From contig DRBZ01000099.1 of the NCBI GenBank assembly GCA_011043895.1, positions 1 through 58,173 of the forward strand: a DNA stretch of 58,173 bases, given 5' to 3'. Positions 12,454 to 23,600 of the stretch are shown here, piece by piece (within the stretch, counting starts at the first letter, position 1; every line of letters starts with the position of its first letter). This stretch comes from Candidatus Cloacimonadota bacterium (GTDB lineage Bacteria; Cloacimonadota; Cloacimonadia; JGIOTU-2). Made by a program: the position numbers and the translations under genes. Below the pieces are notes generated by a model. The model was not told the origin of the DNA. It saw only the letters and a list, made by a program, of their open reading frames with translations, and searched no databases.

Positions 12454-13334
12454 AATTTATCCTCATCTTGGTTAAAAATCCTTCGCAGACGTTCCGAAGC
12501 CAGTGTGATGTAAATATTGAGAGGATCGATCTTATGGGCGATCTTAAGATATTTCTTTGCATTCGTGAAATCTCGCTCTGCAATGTAGATTTTGCTAAGA
12601 TCTATGTATGATTTTATATAAAAAATATTTTTCGAAATACTGTCTTTAAAATGCGCTACTGCCTTTTCAAATTCCCCAATATTATAACAGCAATGAGCGA
12701 AGTTGTTGAAGAACTCAGCGCTGTCCTGACCGAGATTAGCTGCTTTATCATAATATAAATAAGCTTGTATCCAATTTTTCTTTTTATCATAGCACTTTGC
12801 GACCATAAGGATCACATCTTTATTGATTGGGAATTTCTTTTCTGCGCTTTTCAGAACTGATAAAGCATTATCATATTCCTTTAGTGCGATGTATTGTTCA
12901 GCAAGAAATGTGTAGGATGAAGGGAGATTATTAAAATACGGTAGAGCTTCTTTGAAGCATGCGATCCCCTCTTTTCTATGACCCAGATAAACTAAAGCAA
13001 CTGATTTATTAAAGAGCATCTCCGGGGTTTGAATGGTAATCTTTTTATACCAATCAAGTGCTTTCTGAGCTTTGCCCTGTTGTGAAAGAAATATATTTCC
13101 CATAAGAAAATATAACTGAGAGTTCTCAGGTAGTTCAATGAGCCCCTTCTCAATAATGTGTTCAGCTTTTCGAAACAGTTTATGCTTCATGTAAATGAAA
13201 TAGAGCATTTCATATGCTTTGAGTAATTTCGGATAGTCTTCCAGTAGCTCGAGCAGTATGTCTTCAGCAAGAAGCCAGTTCTTCTCGATATGTTTTTCTG
13301 CTCGAATCAACTTTGCTTTGGCTTTATTATCCAT
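12450..13334 (-). CDS. Tetratricopeptide-repeat protein
   Basis: Multiple 34-aa A/Y/L-patterned repeats, for example ALDWYKK, AEQYIALKEYDNALSV and AYLYYDKAANL. Confidence 0.7.
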   Translation of the reverse strand: MDNKAKAKLIRAEKHIEKNWLLAEDILLELLEDYPKLLKAYEMLYFIYMKHKLFRKAEHIIEKGLIELPENSQLYFLMGNIFLSQQGKAQKALDWYKKITIQTPEMLFNKSVALVYLGHRKEGIACFKEALPYFNNLPSSYTFLAEQYIALKEYDNALSVLKSAEKKFPINKDVILMVAKCYDKKKNWIQAYLYYDKAANLGQDSAEFFNNFAHCCYNIGEFEKAVAHFKDSISKNIFYIKSYIDLSKIYIAERDFTNAKKYLKIAHKIDPLNIYITLASERLRRIFNQDEDKL

Positions 13335-14292
13335 TAACTACACTCTGTTCAAATTCTTCAATCACGTCAATAATCTCGTATTTAGAAGTCAAATGATTTA
13401 TCGCTTCTCTGAGATGCGTAGCCCCAAACAGCCCCTTAGTATAGTAAGGAACAAATTTCCTGAATAGCTTGATACCATTTGATTCTCCATGAAATTCAAC
13501 TAAGTCTTTGAAATGACCTTTCATGATTGAAATCGGATGCAGAAAGGAATTCACGTTTTGTGTAGGTTGCGCAAGTCGTTGTTTGATCTGACCGAAGATC
13601 AGCGGATTCCCGATAGCTCCTCTTCCAATCATGATGGAATCACATCCCGTTTCAGAATACATTCTAATGCCATCTTCAGGAGTGAGAATATCTCCATTGC
13701 CCACCACAGGGATCTTCACAAGTTCCTTGGCTCGTGCAATGTAATTCCAGTCACTTTTGCCAGAAAAAAGCTGACTTCTTGTGCGCGGATGTAGTATCAA
13801 GCCAGAAGCACCCTCCTGTTCAATGAGAGTAACAATATCATCAAAGTGCTTATCTGAGTTCCATCCGGTTCGGATTTTTACTGTGAAAACAATCTCAGGA
13901 TGTGTTTTTCGAACCTTTCGCACAATAGCTGCGACTTTTTTTGGTTCCTTTAACAATGCAGAACCCGAACCATTTTTCACAACTTTTTTTATGGGGCATC
14001 CCATATTGATATCAAAAAAGTCTGGCTTGTATTGTTTAAGGAGCTCGATCCCCTTTGCAATCTTCTCGGCAGAATTCCCAAATACCTGTAATCCTATCGG
14101 TCGCTCGTCTGCATAAAATTCTGCGAGAATAGCTGTTTTCTTATTTCTATGGATCAAGGCATCAGCACTGATCATCTCGCTTACCAGCACATCTGCACCA
14201 TAACGCTTACATATTATACGATATACATGATCCGTATATCCTGCAAGCGGCGCAAGCCAGAGTTTTTTGTTAAAAAGTTCTTGTGATTTCAT
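13327..14292 (-). CDS. tRNA-dihydrouridine synthase
   Basis: LAPLAGYTD, DINMGCP and HPRTR motifs of the Dus family. I prefer ATG 14292 to the track TTG 14331. Confidence 0.88.
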   Translation of the reverse strand: MKSQELFNKKLWLAPLAGYTDHVYRIICKRYGADVLVSEMISADALIHRNKKTAILAEFYADERPIGLQVFGNSAEKIAKGIELLKQYKPDFFDINMGCPIKKVVKNGSGSALLKEPKKVAAIVRKVRKTHPEIVFTVKIRTGWNSDKHFDDIVTLIEQEGASGLILHPRTRSQLFSGKSDWNYIARAKELVKIPVVGNGDILTPEDGIRMYSETGCDSIMIGRGAIGNPLIFGQIKQRLAQPTQNVNSFLHPISIMKGHFKDLVEFHGESNGIKLFRKFVPYYTKGLFGATHLREAINHLTSKYEIIDVIEEFEQSVVNG

Positions 14293-14331
14293 GATATAAC
14301 AATAAGGTAATACTTGGAATTGCAGTGACAA

Positions 14332-14844
14332 CTATTTTAGTATCTCTTTTCTATAACGAATTGCTTCAAGTGCTTTTCCAGGTTGAAGCATTTTTGATGC
14401 TCCATCCAGCTGATAACCCATTGCTTCATAAAACCTTCGTGCTTGAAAATTTTTTGCAAAAACCCAGAGTACCATTGTTTTGTACATGTAACTCTTTAAA
14501 ATTCCTTCTGCATAAAAACACAATTTTGAACCAATTCCCTTTCTCCAGCATTCTGGAGAGAGATAAATACCCCATATCTCACCTGTGGTCTTTTTATCTA
14601 CATCTTCGTCGCGACACGCTCCGAGTATAACAAAGCCCAGTATATTTTCCGCATTTTCAGCAACATAAGTTTCCAACTGTTCTTTTTCCAGTGAATCCCT
14701 GAAACGTTGTGCTCTTTTTTCATAATCAAGTGCGTTTAGATAAGATTGTGGTACAAGTCCCTTATATGCTGCCTTCCACGAATCAATATGCAGTTTTGCG
14801 AGAGCATCTGCATCTTCCGGTTTTGCGGGACGAATATTCATCAT
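14332..14844 (-). CDS. GNAT-family N-acetyltransferase
   Basis: 170 aa. The acetyl-CoA loop region WRKGIGSKL and the C-terminal ARRFYEAMGY are present. Confidence 0.85.
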   Translation of the reverse strand: MMNIRPAKPEDADALAKLHIDSWKAAYKGLVPQSYLNALDYEKRAQRFRDSLEKEQLETYVAENAENILGFVILGACRDEDVDKKTTGEIWGIYLSPECWRKGIGSKLCFYAEGILKSYMYKTMVLWVFAKNFQARRFYEAMGYQLDGASKMLQPGKALEAIRYRKEILK

Positions 14845-14932
14845 TTTTCCTTGAAATTTATTACTACTATGAAAATACTATTAATGTAAAAATATCTTGT
14901 CAAGCTGAAACCAGTCGACACACTTGGTTCAC

Positions 14933-15619
14933 ATGAAGAAAGATAATGCAATCGTACTCCTCAGCGGCGGATTGGATAGTTGTGTGACAGCAACAATTGC
15001 ACAACAAGATTACGAATTATACCTCTTGCATGTCAATTACGGGCAGAGAACTGATGCGAGAGAAGAAAAGGCATTCAAGGATATAGCAAAATTTTATAAT
15101 ATCACACAAATACTTGATGTAGATATCGGTTATCTTCTTGAAATTGGAGGTTCAAGCTTAATTGATAATAAAATAATCATCCCTGTGAAATCATCTGAAA
15201 AAGAAATACCTTCGACCTATGTACCTTTCCGCAATGCAAATCTTCTCGCAATTGCCACATCATGGGCTGAGGTCATCGGAGCAAAAAAAATTTTCATCGG
15301 AGCTATGGAAGAGGATAGCAGCGGATATCCAGATTGCAGAGAATCATTTTTTGATTCTTTTAATAAAACAATAGAACAAGGCACGAAACCAGGAACTACT
15401 ATCACAATAGAAACTCCGCTACTTCATCGGAAAAAATCAGAAGTAGTAAATATCGGAATGGAACTTGGTGCTCCTCTCCATTTAACCTGGTCATGTTATC
15501 AGAACGTGAAAAAAGCATGCGGAGTATGTGAAAGCTGCCAGCTTCGTATCAAAGCATTCAGGGATGCTGGGCTTGTTGACCCGATCCCCTATTCAATAGA
15601 GATCTCATGGAAAGAATGA
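14933..15619 (+). CDS. queC: 7-cyano-7-deazaguanine synthase
   Basis: AIVLLSGGLDS PP-loop and the C-terminal Zn cluster CYQ...CGVCESC. I prefer ATG 14933 to TTG 14924. Confidence 0.92.
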   Translation: MKKDNAIVLLSGGLDSCVTATIAQQDYELYLLHVNYGQRTDAREEKAFKDIAKFYNITQILDVDIGYLLEIGGSSLIDNKIIIPVKSSEKEIPSTYVPFRNANLLAIATSWAEVIGAKKIFIGAMEEDSSGYPDCRESFFDSFNKTIEQGTKPGTTITIETPLLHRKKSEVVNIGMELGAPLHLTWSCYQNVKKACGVCESCQLRIKAFRDAGLVDPIPYSIEISWKE

Positions 15620-16506
15620 TTAAACAGTATAAGGAATATCTCTCATCACAGAATTATTCCAAACACACATTAAGAGCATACATGGGTGATGTAGAGCAGT
15701 TTTACGATTTCATCAAAAAATATTTTCCTGAACAGGAGATCAAAGTTGATGGTATCACGAAAACTATGTTCAGGGATTTTCTACAGCATCTCAGTGAGCA
15801 GAAAGACGGAAACCGAACGCTCGCACGGAAGGTAATTTCCATTAAAGGATTCTTTTCATTTTTGATAAAAAATAACCTGTGTTCAAATAATCCTTTATTA
15901 ACTATCAAAATACCTAAATATGAAAAAAATGCTGCCACCTTCCTCACTGAGCAGGATATGCGATTCGTGCTTCAAATTCCGGATAAAGAAGATGCACTTG
16001 GTATAAGAAATATCGCGATTCTTGAACTTCTCTACAGCACTGGAATTAGAATCGGAGAACTTGCAGGTTTGACATTACAAGATATCGATTTCAAACAAAA
16101 TCTTATAAAGGTGATGGGTAAAAGAGCTAAAATGAGAATCGTGCCACTGGGAAGTTATGCGGTGAAAGCACTTCAGACATATCTTAAGATCAGAGATACT
16201 TTCATCAAGGATAATGCCGTTGAAGAAGTATTTGTATCCCGTAATGGAAATCCACTATCTTCAGATGAGTTACGGTATATTGTGAACAAGTACCTGAAAG
16301 TCATCGAAAAATCCAAGAATTACAGTCCACACACACTCCGCCATACATTTGCTACTCATCTTCTGAATCATGGAGCAGATTTACGATCCGTTCAGGAATT
16401 ACTTGGGCATAGCAGTCTGACCTCTACAGAAGTTTATACTCACACATCCATGCAAAAACTCAAAGAAGTCTATGAAACTGCACATCCTCACGGAGATGCT
16501 AAATGA
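15607..16506 (+). CDS. Tyrosine recombinase, XerC/XerD family
   Basis: An N-terminal SAM-like core-binding domain is present. The catalytic ARG (RIGEL), HTLRHTFATHLL, LLGHSSLTSTEVYTH box follows. The gene overlaps the queC end by 13 nt. Confidence 0.88.
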   Translation: MERMIKQYKEYLSSQNYSKHTLRAYMGDVEQFYDFIKKYFPEQEIKVDGITKTMFRDFLQHLSEQKDGNRTLARKVISIKGFFSFLIKNNLCSNNPLLTIKIPKYEKNAATFLTEQDMRFVLQIPDKEDALGIRNIAILELLYSTGIRIGELAGLTLQDIDFKQNLIKVMGKRAKMRIVPLGSYAVKALQTYLKIRDTFIKDNAVEEVFVSRNGNPLSSDELRYIVNKYLKVIEKSKNYSPHTLRHTFATHLLNHGADLRSVQELLGHSSLTSTEVYTHTSMQKLKEVYETAHPHGDAK

Positions 16507-16554
16507 TAACAATATTGACAATGAAATAATCAAACCAATTGCTATAATACAAAT

Positions 16555-17187
16555 ATGAAAAAGAATATAATTATCGGCATTGCAGGTGGAACTGGTTCCG
16601 GAAAAACCACGCTGGCAGACAGAATAATCGATGAGCTGAACGAACCGAATATTGTCATTATCAAACAGGATGCATATTATAAATCTCACCAAGAACTCAG
16701 TTTTGATGAAAGAAAAGATATCAATTTTGACCATCCTGATGCCTTTGATACGAAACTCCTTATTAAACATCTTAAAAATCTAAAGGATAATGTCCCAATT
16801 CACATGCCTCAGTATGATTTCACAACTCACCTCAGGGAGAGAGAAACGATTCCCGTTTCACCGCAAAAAGTGACCATAGTCGAAGGTATCCTGATCTTTG
16901 AAAATAAGGAAGTAAGAAATCTGCTGGACATCAAGATCTTTGTTGATACCGATTCTGACGTGCGAATTCTTCGTAGGATCAAGAGAGATATACAGGAGCG
17001 GGGAAGAACTTTTGAATCCGTGTATTCACAGTATATGAAAACGGTCCGCCCGATGCACATTGAATTTGTGGAACCATCAAAAAAATTTGCAGATATCATC
17101 GTGCCGGAAGGTGGCATGAACATTATTGCGATCGATATGATCGTATCAAAAATACAACACATTTTACAAGAAAGTGAGAACTCATGA
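16555..17187 (+). CDS. udk: Uridine kinase
   Basis: 210 aa with IGIAGGTGSGKTT P-loop, YDFTTH, VEGIL and RRIKRDI motifs. Confidence 0.92.
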   Translation: MKKNIIIGIAGGTGSGKTTLADRIIDELNEPNIVIIKQDAYYKSHQELSFDERKDINFDHPDAFDTKLLIKHLKNLKDNVPIHMPQYDFTTHLRERETIPVSPQKVTIVEGILIFENKEVRNLLDIKIFVDTDSDVRILRRIKRDIQERGRTFESVYSQYMKTVRPMHIEFVEPSKKFADIIVPEGGMNIIAIDMIVSKIQHILQESENS

Positions 17188-18539
17188 AAAAATATTCACT
17201 AACATTGATAATCCTTTTAAGCACGGTGGCTCGGTTCTTCGCAGCTACTGATATGACAGTATATAATCAAAATTTTGCAACAGTACGAACGAATCTATCG
17301 ATCATGCTGGAAAAAGGTTTGAACATTTATAAATATGATGATATCCCATCTGGAATACAACCAACATCAGTTCATCTTGAACCTATTAAAGCATCAGATA
17401 AGGTAGTTATCCATCTGCAAAATTATGAGTACGATCTTGCTAACACCGGAAAGATACTGAACAAGTATCTCGATAAAAGTGTTTCCCTCATCGTGAAGGC
17501 TGGTGATATGTATAATGGAATTCTAAAATCTTTTGATTATGATACAATTGTTATCGAGAACTCGATGAGTGGCATTCACATGGTTAATCGAAAAGAAATC
17601 CAGACGATTGATCTTGCTGAAATGCCAAAAAATTTCTATACAAAACCTACATTGAACTGGGAATTGTATTCGAATAAGACCGGAAATACGGATTGTAAAT
17701 TAAGTTACATCACAAATGGAATTTCCTGGAATGCACAGTATGTGGGAATTCTCGATAATGATGATGAAAAATTAAATCTCTCATCATGGATATCCCTTGA
17801 GAATAATTCAGGAAAGGCATTTAAGGATGTAACACTCAAGCTTATGGCTGGAGATGTACATCTCGCACCTGATTATAATCAATACTCGAGAGAACTGATG
17901 GTATTTGAAGGTGAAGGAAAGGGCAGATATGAACCCCCGGTTATGACAGAGAAGGATTTCTTTGAATATCACCTTTATACGCTTGAAAATAAAAAAGTCG
18001 ATATAAACAATAACCAGCAGAAACAGCTTTCTCTATTTGATCCTGTTGATGTAAAAGTGAAAAAAATCTACCGATTCAATGCTGATCATGGAAATGATAT
18101 TGCTGTACTAATCAATTTCAAAAATGATGACAAGTCAGGGCTTGGCATCCCTCTACCTATGGGAAAAGTTCGTATCTTCAAAACTCAATATGATGATGCA
18201 CCAGAATTTGTAGGTGAAGATAATCTTGAACATACTCCAAAGAATGAAGAAGTTGAGATCAAGATCGGTACAGCTTTTGATATAAAAGGTGAATGTGTCC
18301 TCATGGAAAGTACTCGTCCAAGCCAGAAAACTCGAGAAGAGAAGTACGAATGCGAAATCAGAAACCAGAAAGATGAAACTGTAACTATTGAAGTACTGAA
18401 ATATCTCGGCACAAACTGGACGATAACCTCTTCGGATATCAAATATACAAAAGAAGATGCCTATACCCTGCGATTTGATGTACAGATACCTGCAGAAGAC
18501 AAAGTGAACTTTGACTTCACAGTGTTGTATAAATATTAA
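17184..18539 (+). CDS. Secreted DUF4139-type protein (MuiA-like), function unknown
   Basis: A signal peptide is present. The N-terminal pattern VYNQNFATVRT...G.N.Y.YDDIPSGIQPTSVHLEP matches my recollection of DUF4140/DUF4139 proteins. The start overlaps the udk stop (ATGA). Confidence 0.55.
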   Translation: MKKYSLTLIILLSTVARFFAATDMTVYNQNFATVRTNLSIMLEKGLNIYKYDDIPSGIQPTSVHLEPIKASDKVVIHLQNYEYDLANTGKILNKYLDKSVSLIVKAGDMYNGILKSFDYDTIVIENSMSGIHMVNRKEIQTIDLAEMPKNFYTKPTLNWELYSNKTGNTDCKLSYITNGISWNAQYVGILDNDDEKLNLSSWISLENNSGKAFKDVTLKLMAGDVHLAPDYNQYSRELMVFEGEGKGRYEPPVMTEKDFFEYHLYTLENKKVDINNNQQKQLSLFDPVDVKVKKIYRFNADHGNDIAVLINFKNDDKSGLGIPLPMGKVRIFKTQYDDAPEFVGEDNLEHTPKNEEVEIKIGTAFDIKGECVLMESTRPSQKTREEKYECEIRNQKDETVTIEVLKYLGTNWTITSSDIKYTKEDAYTLRFDVQIPAEDKVNFDFTVLYKY

Positions 18540-18921
18540 TAATTACTGAAGAATTAGTATATACATTCTATTGAGAGAATTTATTTTGCTTAAGATTAGG
18601 AAAAATATCATTCTTAACTTGTTTATCTTGGCAAAGTCCACGGAGGCTGAATTGGAAATCCAGATAAATTGAGTAATATTTATATTGATCTTCATACTTT
18701 TATGAGTAACAAGAATGTATCTTTGGAAAAAGAAAAATTCTTCAACGGGTTGTTTGAAAACTGGATTCCTGATCAAAGTCAGGGATGATGAACATAAATA
18801 ACGTGTTCAAATGTATTATAATATCGGAATAGTCAATTCTCATTTAAGTAATATCTTGATGTTTACCTACTTAAGGTTCCATCATTACAAATTTGTTTGT
18901 GAAACTCAATAAAAGACCTTT

Positions 18922-20595
18922 ATGAAATTTCGTTTAATACTGTCCATCACATTCTTTTTGGTAACCTTATCAATACATTGCTCTCTTATTGCTGATGAGC
19001 TCTCTATCTCCAAAATAACAATTCAGGGAAATTCCAGATTCTCTGATGAAGTAATAATTCAGAAACTCGGGCTTAAACCGGGCTCAACTTTCTCCTATGA
19101 AAAACTAAACGCTAAAATCCAGAATATTCTCGATCTCTATTTCAATGATGGGTACTACCTCGTTACAATCCAACCTCCTGAAATATCTCCATTGAAATCA
19201 GGTAAAGGTGTTGTCATAAATATTATGATAAATGAGGGGGATCGATTACTGATCTCGAACATCGATTTTGTTGGAAATGTATATTTTTCTGATGAAAAGC
19301 TGAGGTCTGCACTACAAATGAAGATTGGAACACCCTTTAGTATTCAGAGATCAAATGCTGTGATGAATGCTATAGCTGGTTTGTATAGTGAAAAAGGATA
19401 TCCCTTTTGTGAAATATCGATAGACACTTTGAGTATAATTGACAAAGAAATATCAATTACTTACAGAATCAAAGAAAATGATCTGGTCAGAATCAAAGAC
19501 ATTGTGTTCAAAGGAAATAAAGTTACCAAGGACCGCACATTTGAACTGATGATGAATTTAGATCAAAATGAGATTTATGATTCCCGGAAGATAGAACGAA
19601 TTCGTAGAAATCTACTTCAAAAAAGATACATCGAAAGCGTTGAGATACTACCTCTGAACAACTGGCAGATTTTGGTAAATATTGAAGAAAAAAGTATGAA
19701 TCACTTTCAGGGCATTATCGGATTAGCTTCATCTAAGGACGACAAACCCATTGCCGATCGTTTGACCGGTTTCATAGATTTTTCTTTTCTGAACATTCTT
19801 GGAACAGACAGAGAAGCTCAATTCAGATGGAACAAGTTGACCTCTCAATCATCAGAGTTCTATTTATCGTATCGTGAACCTTTCGTTCTCAACCAGCAGA
19901 TTTCTGCTCAAGCATCTCTTCGTCGTAAAACAGTAGATACAACATTCGTGAATACGGACTTCCAGATCACCTCTTTCTTTACAATGAGGAATTACTCAAA
20001 AATTGGCTTGTTGTACACCTTCTGCAGCACATTACTGGACTCGATAAGTACAAACAGAAATGCAGTTGGCGCACTCGCAGAGATTAATCGTCTAGATTAT
20101 CCTATCAATCCAAGAAGTGGCTGGAAGAATACTGCAGAATATACTATTCGATGGAAATCGAGCAAGTCATATAATCAGCTTATCTCTGAAGAAGCTGAAT
20201 TTCTCATACCCTTGAACTTCTATAATGTACTCTATTTCAAAGGATTAGCGAAATTCATATTTACAAAAAACGACACACTCTCCCATTATGATCTTTTTAC
20301 CTTTGGAGGTTACGAGAGCTTAAGAGGATTTGTTGACAATCAATTTGCTGCAGCAAAATTCGGCATCATAAGTTTTGAATACAGATACCTGCTATCACGT
20401 GATTCACGGGCATTTGCCTTTATTGATTATGGTTACTGTAAAGAATATGGAAACCTGCTTGGAGTTGGATTAGGTGTACGTCTTAGAAGTCGAATTGGTA
20501 TCATCAAATTAGATTATGGAATCGGTTATCAAGACGGAACGTGGACGAATCCTTTGCAGGGAACTGTTCATTTTGGATTAGAAACAGGATTTTAA
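18922..20595 (+). CDS. BamA/Omp85-family outer-membrane protein
   Basis: Signal peptide, then POTRA modules (ISKITIQGNSRFSDEVIIQKLGLKPGSTF; IDFVGNVYFSDEKLRSAL; IVFKGNKVTKDRT). A C-terminal beta-barrel ends in an aromatic residue (GLETGF). Confidence 0.8.
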   Translation: MKFRLILSITFFLVTLSIHCSLIADELSISKITIQGNSRFSDEVIIQKLGLKPGSTFSYEKLNAKIQNILDLYFNDGYYLVTIQPPEISPLKSGKGVVINIMINEGDRLLISNIDFVGNVYFSDEKLRSALQMKIGTPFSIQRSNAVMNAIAGLYSEKGYPFCEISIDTLSIIDKEISITYRIKENDLVRIKDIVFKGNKVTKDRTFELMMNLDQNEIYDSRKIERIRRNLLQKRYIESVEILPLNNWQILVNIEEKSMNHFQGIIGLASSKDDKPIADRLTGFIDFSFLNILGTDREAQFRWNKLTSQSSEFYLSYREPFVLNQQISAQASLRRKTVDTTFVNTDFQITSFFTMRNYSKIGLLYTFCSTLLDSISTNRNAVGALAEINRLDYPINPRSGWKNTAEYTIRWKSSKSYNQLISEEAEFLIPLNFYNVLYFKGLAKFIFTKNDTLSHYDLFTFGGYESLRGFVDNQFAAAKFGIISFEYRYLLSRDSRAFAFIDYGYCKEYGNLLGVGLGVRLRSRIGIIKLDYGIGYQDGTWTNPLQGTVHFGLETGF

Positions 20596-20612
20596 ATAGA
20601 TAAGGAGTTTCA

Positions 20613-23600
20613 TTGAAATTATCTCAACTCGAACTTGTTGGCTTTAAATCTTTTTGTGAACCTACAAAATTCAGTTTTTCTAAAGGATTGACTGGCATAG
20701 TCGGACCGAACGGGTGCGGAAAGTCAAACATATCAGATGCAATCCACTGGGTACTCGGCGAACAAAACGCACGAAGACTTCGTGGTGGAACAATGAAGGA
20801 TGTAATATTCAAGGGCACAAGTAAGAGAACTGCGCATAGTTATACTGAAGTATCAATTACTATTGAAAATGATAAGAAGATACTCCCTATTGAATATGAA
20901 GAAGTTAAGATAGCAAGAAAACTCTACGCAGATGGTTCAAGTGATTATTATATCAATAATCAACAATGCCGTCTAAAGGATATTCTTAACCTTTTTTATG
21001 ATACTGGCATGGGTCGAAGAGCATACTCTTTCATCGAACAAAAAATGATCGAGGATCTGCTGAACAGCACTGATGAAGATAAGCGTTATCTTTTCGAAGA
21101 AGCTGCCGGAATAATGAAATACAACCAGAGCCAGCGTACATGTGAAAACAAGCTAAAGAACGTTGAAAATGACCTAATTCGGCTTGATGATATTATTTCC
21201 GAAGTTAAGTATCAGGTTGGTTCGCTTCGCCATCAGGTCGGAAAAGCAAAACGCTACCAGAACCTTAATAATAAGATCACAACAATAAAGATCCAGCTTG
21301 CAGGTATCAAATTCTTTGAAATGCACGCCAAGCTCAAACCGATGAATGAGAAATTTCTGTCCCTGGAAAAGCAGATCACAGAGAATAATCATCAACTTAC
21401 TCGACTCAATGCAGACTTCTCAAAAAAGGAACAAGAGCTTCTAAAAAAAGAAGATGAGCTTAAAGAAGAACTCCGTCAGCAAAGAGCCATCGAAGATGCT
21501 ATAAGTGCTCATGAAACAAAGATACTTCTTAACAAACAGCAAATAGAAAACAGCAATAATAAGCTTCAGGAAACCTATGAACGCATTAAGGCAATTGAAA
21601 AGCAAAAACTCAGCGGATCTGATGCACTTGAGCAAGAACATGAGAAGCTGAAGGAAACGGAAGCACTTCTTGGTGAACAAATCGAACAAACTAAGAAGTT
21701 AGAAGCTAAACTGAAAGAAACGCAGGCAAAAGTTCAGGCATTGAATAAGAAAAATGATGAGATATATCATGAAATAAATGAGCTTCAATCCAAAAAACAA
21801 CGCATTCTTAATGAAAAGAATGAGTTCGAAACACGTAAAAAACTAATTTCTGAACAGATTGAGCGAATCAAGAATAAGGTTGCAGACTACCAAATAAAAT
21901 TCGAGAGCTTTTCAAAGCTCGTTAAAGACCATCAGGCAAAGCAGGAGGAGAATGAGCACGTTTTGAAGAATCTACAAAAAAAGAAAGAAGATTCGGAATA
22001 CTCACTCGAGAAAACCACCGATGATGAGCAAAACCTGCAGGATCAAATAAACAATTTACAGATAACTATTCGTTCACTAGAAAATGAGATAGCACAGCTT
22101 GAAGAATGGGAAAGAAATTTTGCTGGCTACTCTGATGCAACGAAGAAGATACTGGATAATTTCAAAGATAAGAATTTCACAACTCTTGCAGAAAACATTT
22201 CAGTACAAAAAGAATATGTTAATCTTATCGAACAGGCTCTTCGTAACATGCTTCTCTCTGCAATTTGTCCTGAGAATTACATTCAGGAGGTGCTGTCGTT
22301 CCTTCATGATGAATCGTTGAATGGACAAATTATCATCAATCAATCAAACATCAACACTACACACAAACCAATGCAAATAGAAAATACTATTCCCCTGCAG
22401 GAAGTCATCTCTTTCCCGAACAGCGTTATTCACCCACGTTTATTTGTGAATTATTATATCACTGAAGATATATCGGTAGCGCTTGACCTGGCAAAAAAAT
22501 ATAGAGATATTGAAAATGATATATACTTTCTGTCTAAAAATGGTGAAATAATCTCAAATAAAGGTATTGTGACAACTCATAGCGTAAAACAAACTTCTCA
22601 TGGTCTTCTCAGCAGAAAAGAGCAACTGAAAAAATTACAGGAAAAGCTTGAATATCATAATAAAGAAAAAGTTACATTGTTTGAACTCAAAGAGAAGAAG
22701 ATTCTTGAAAAAAAGAGCATCCTTGAGAAACTCCAAATCACGAAAAAAGACATATCACTTATTTCGGATATGCTGGAAAAAGGAAGAAACCAACTTGTTA
22801 ATATTTCTGTCCAGCGGGATAATTTCCATGAATTGATGGAGGAAAACAAGGAAAGTGTAGCAAATTTAGAGAAGCAACTGGAAGAAATAGTGCGTGGTTT
22901 GAAATCTGTGGAGGAAAAGCTGGCAGAAGTTCCTGAAGATGATGAAATAGCCTTACAAAATGAGCTTGAAAAAATTCAGGATGATTTACATACAGCAAGA
23001 AAGGAACAGTACCGCCACGAAAGTCTTTTTAATGATCAGAGGATTGAACAAATAAAACTTGAGAAAGATATTGCTTATATCAAACAGAATATAATTCGCC
23101 ATAAGCAAGCAGCCAGAGCAAGTGAAGAAGAACATGTCAGGTTACAAAATTCAATCGATCCATTGAAAAAACAGATAGAATCACTTAAGAAAGAAACTGA
23201 AGAACATGATGTTGAATTCAAAAAGAAAGTTGATGAACTTAAATCCTTCAAAGAAAAAAATGTCGACATTGATAATTCCTACCATTCTCTCAGAAAAGAG
23301 ATTGAATCCCTAAAAATTCAACTCCATGATCTTGAATTCAAAAAAGATGCCCTCACAAAAGACCGGAATGAAATTGAGCTGAAGATACAAGAAACTAAAC
23401 TCAAACTCGATCACCTCAAAGAGGATGTAGTAAATCATTTCCATCATGATCTGTCTCATGATGAACCCGAAGAATATATGAACCTTAATCCCGCAGAATT
23501 ACACGCAGATCTTGAAAAACATGAGAAGCGTCTTGAAGGGCTAGGTCCTATCAATCTCGCTGCAATAAATGATTACGAAACTCAGAAAAAGAGACTGGAT

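Noticed and set aside
14845-14932. Possible preQ1 riboswitch upstream of queC (hairpin aaccag...cttggtt at about 14907-14929).
   Set aside because: The hairpin abuts the start codon. It lacks the A-rich 3' tail and the conserved loop nucleotides of preQ1-I, and does not resemble classes II or III.
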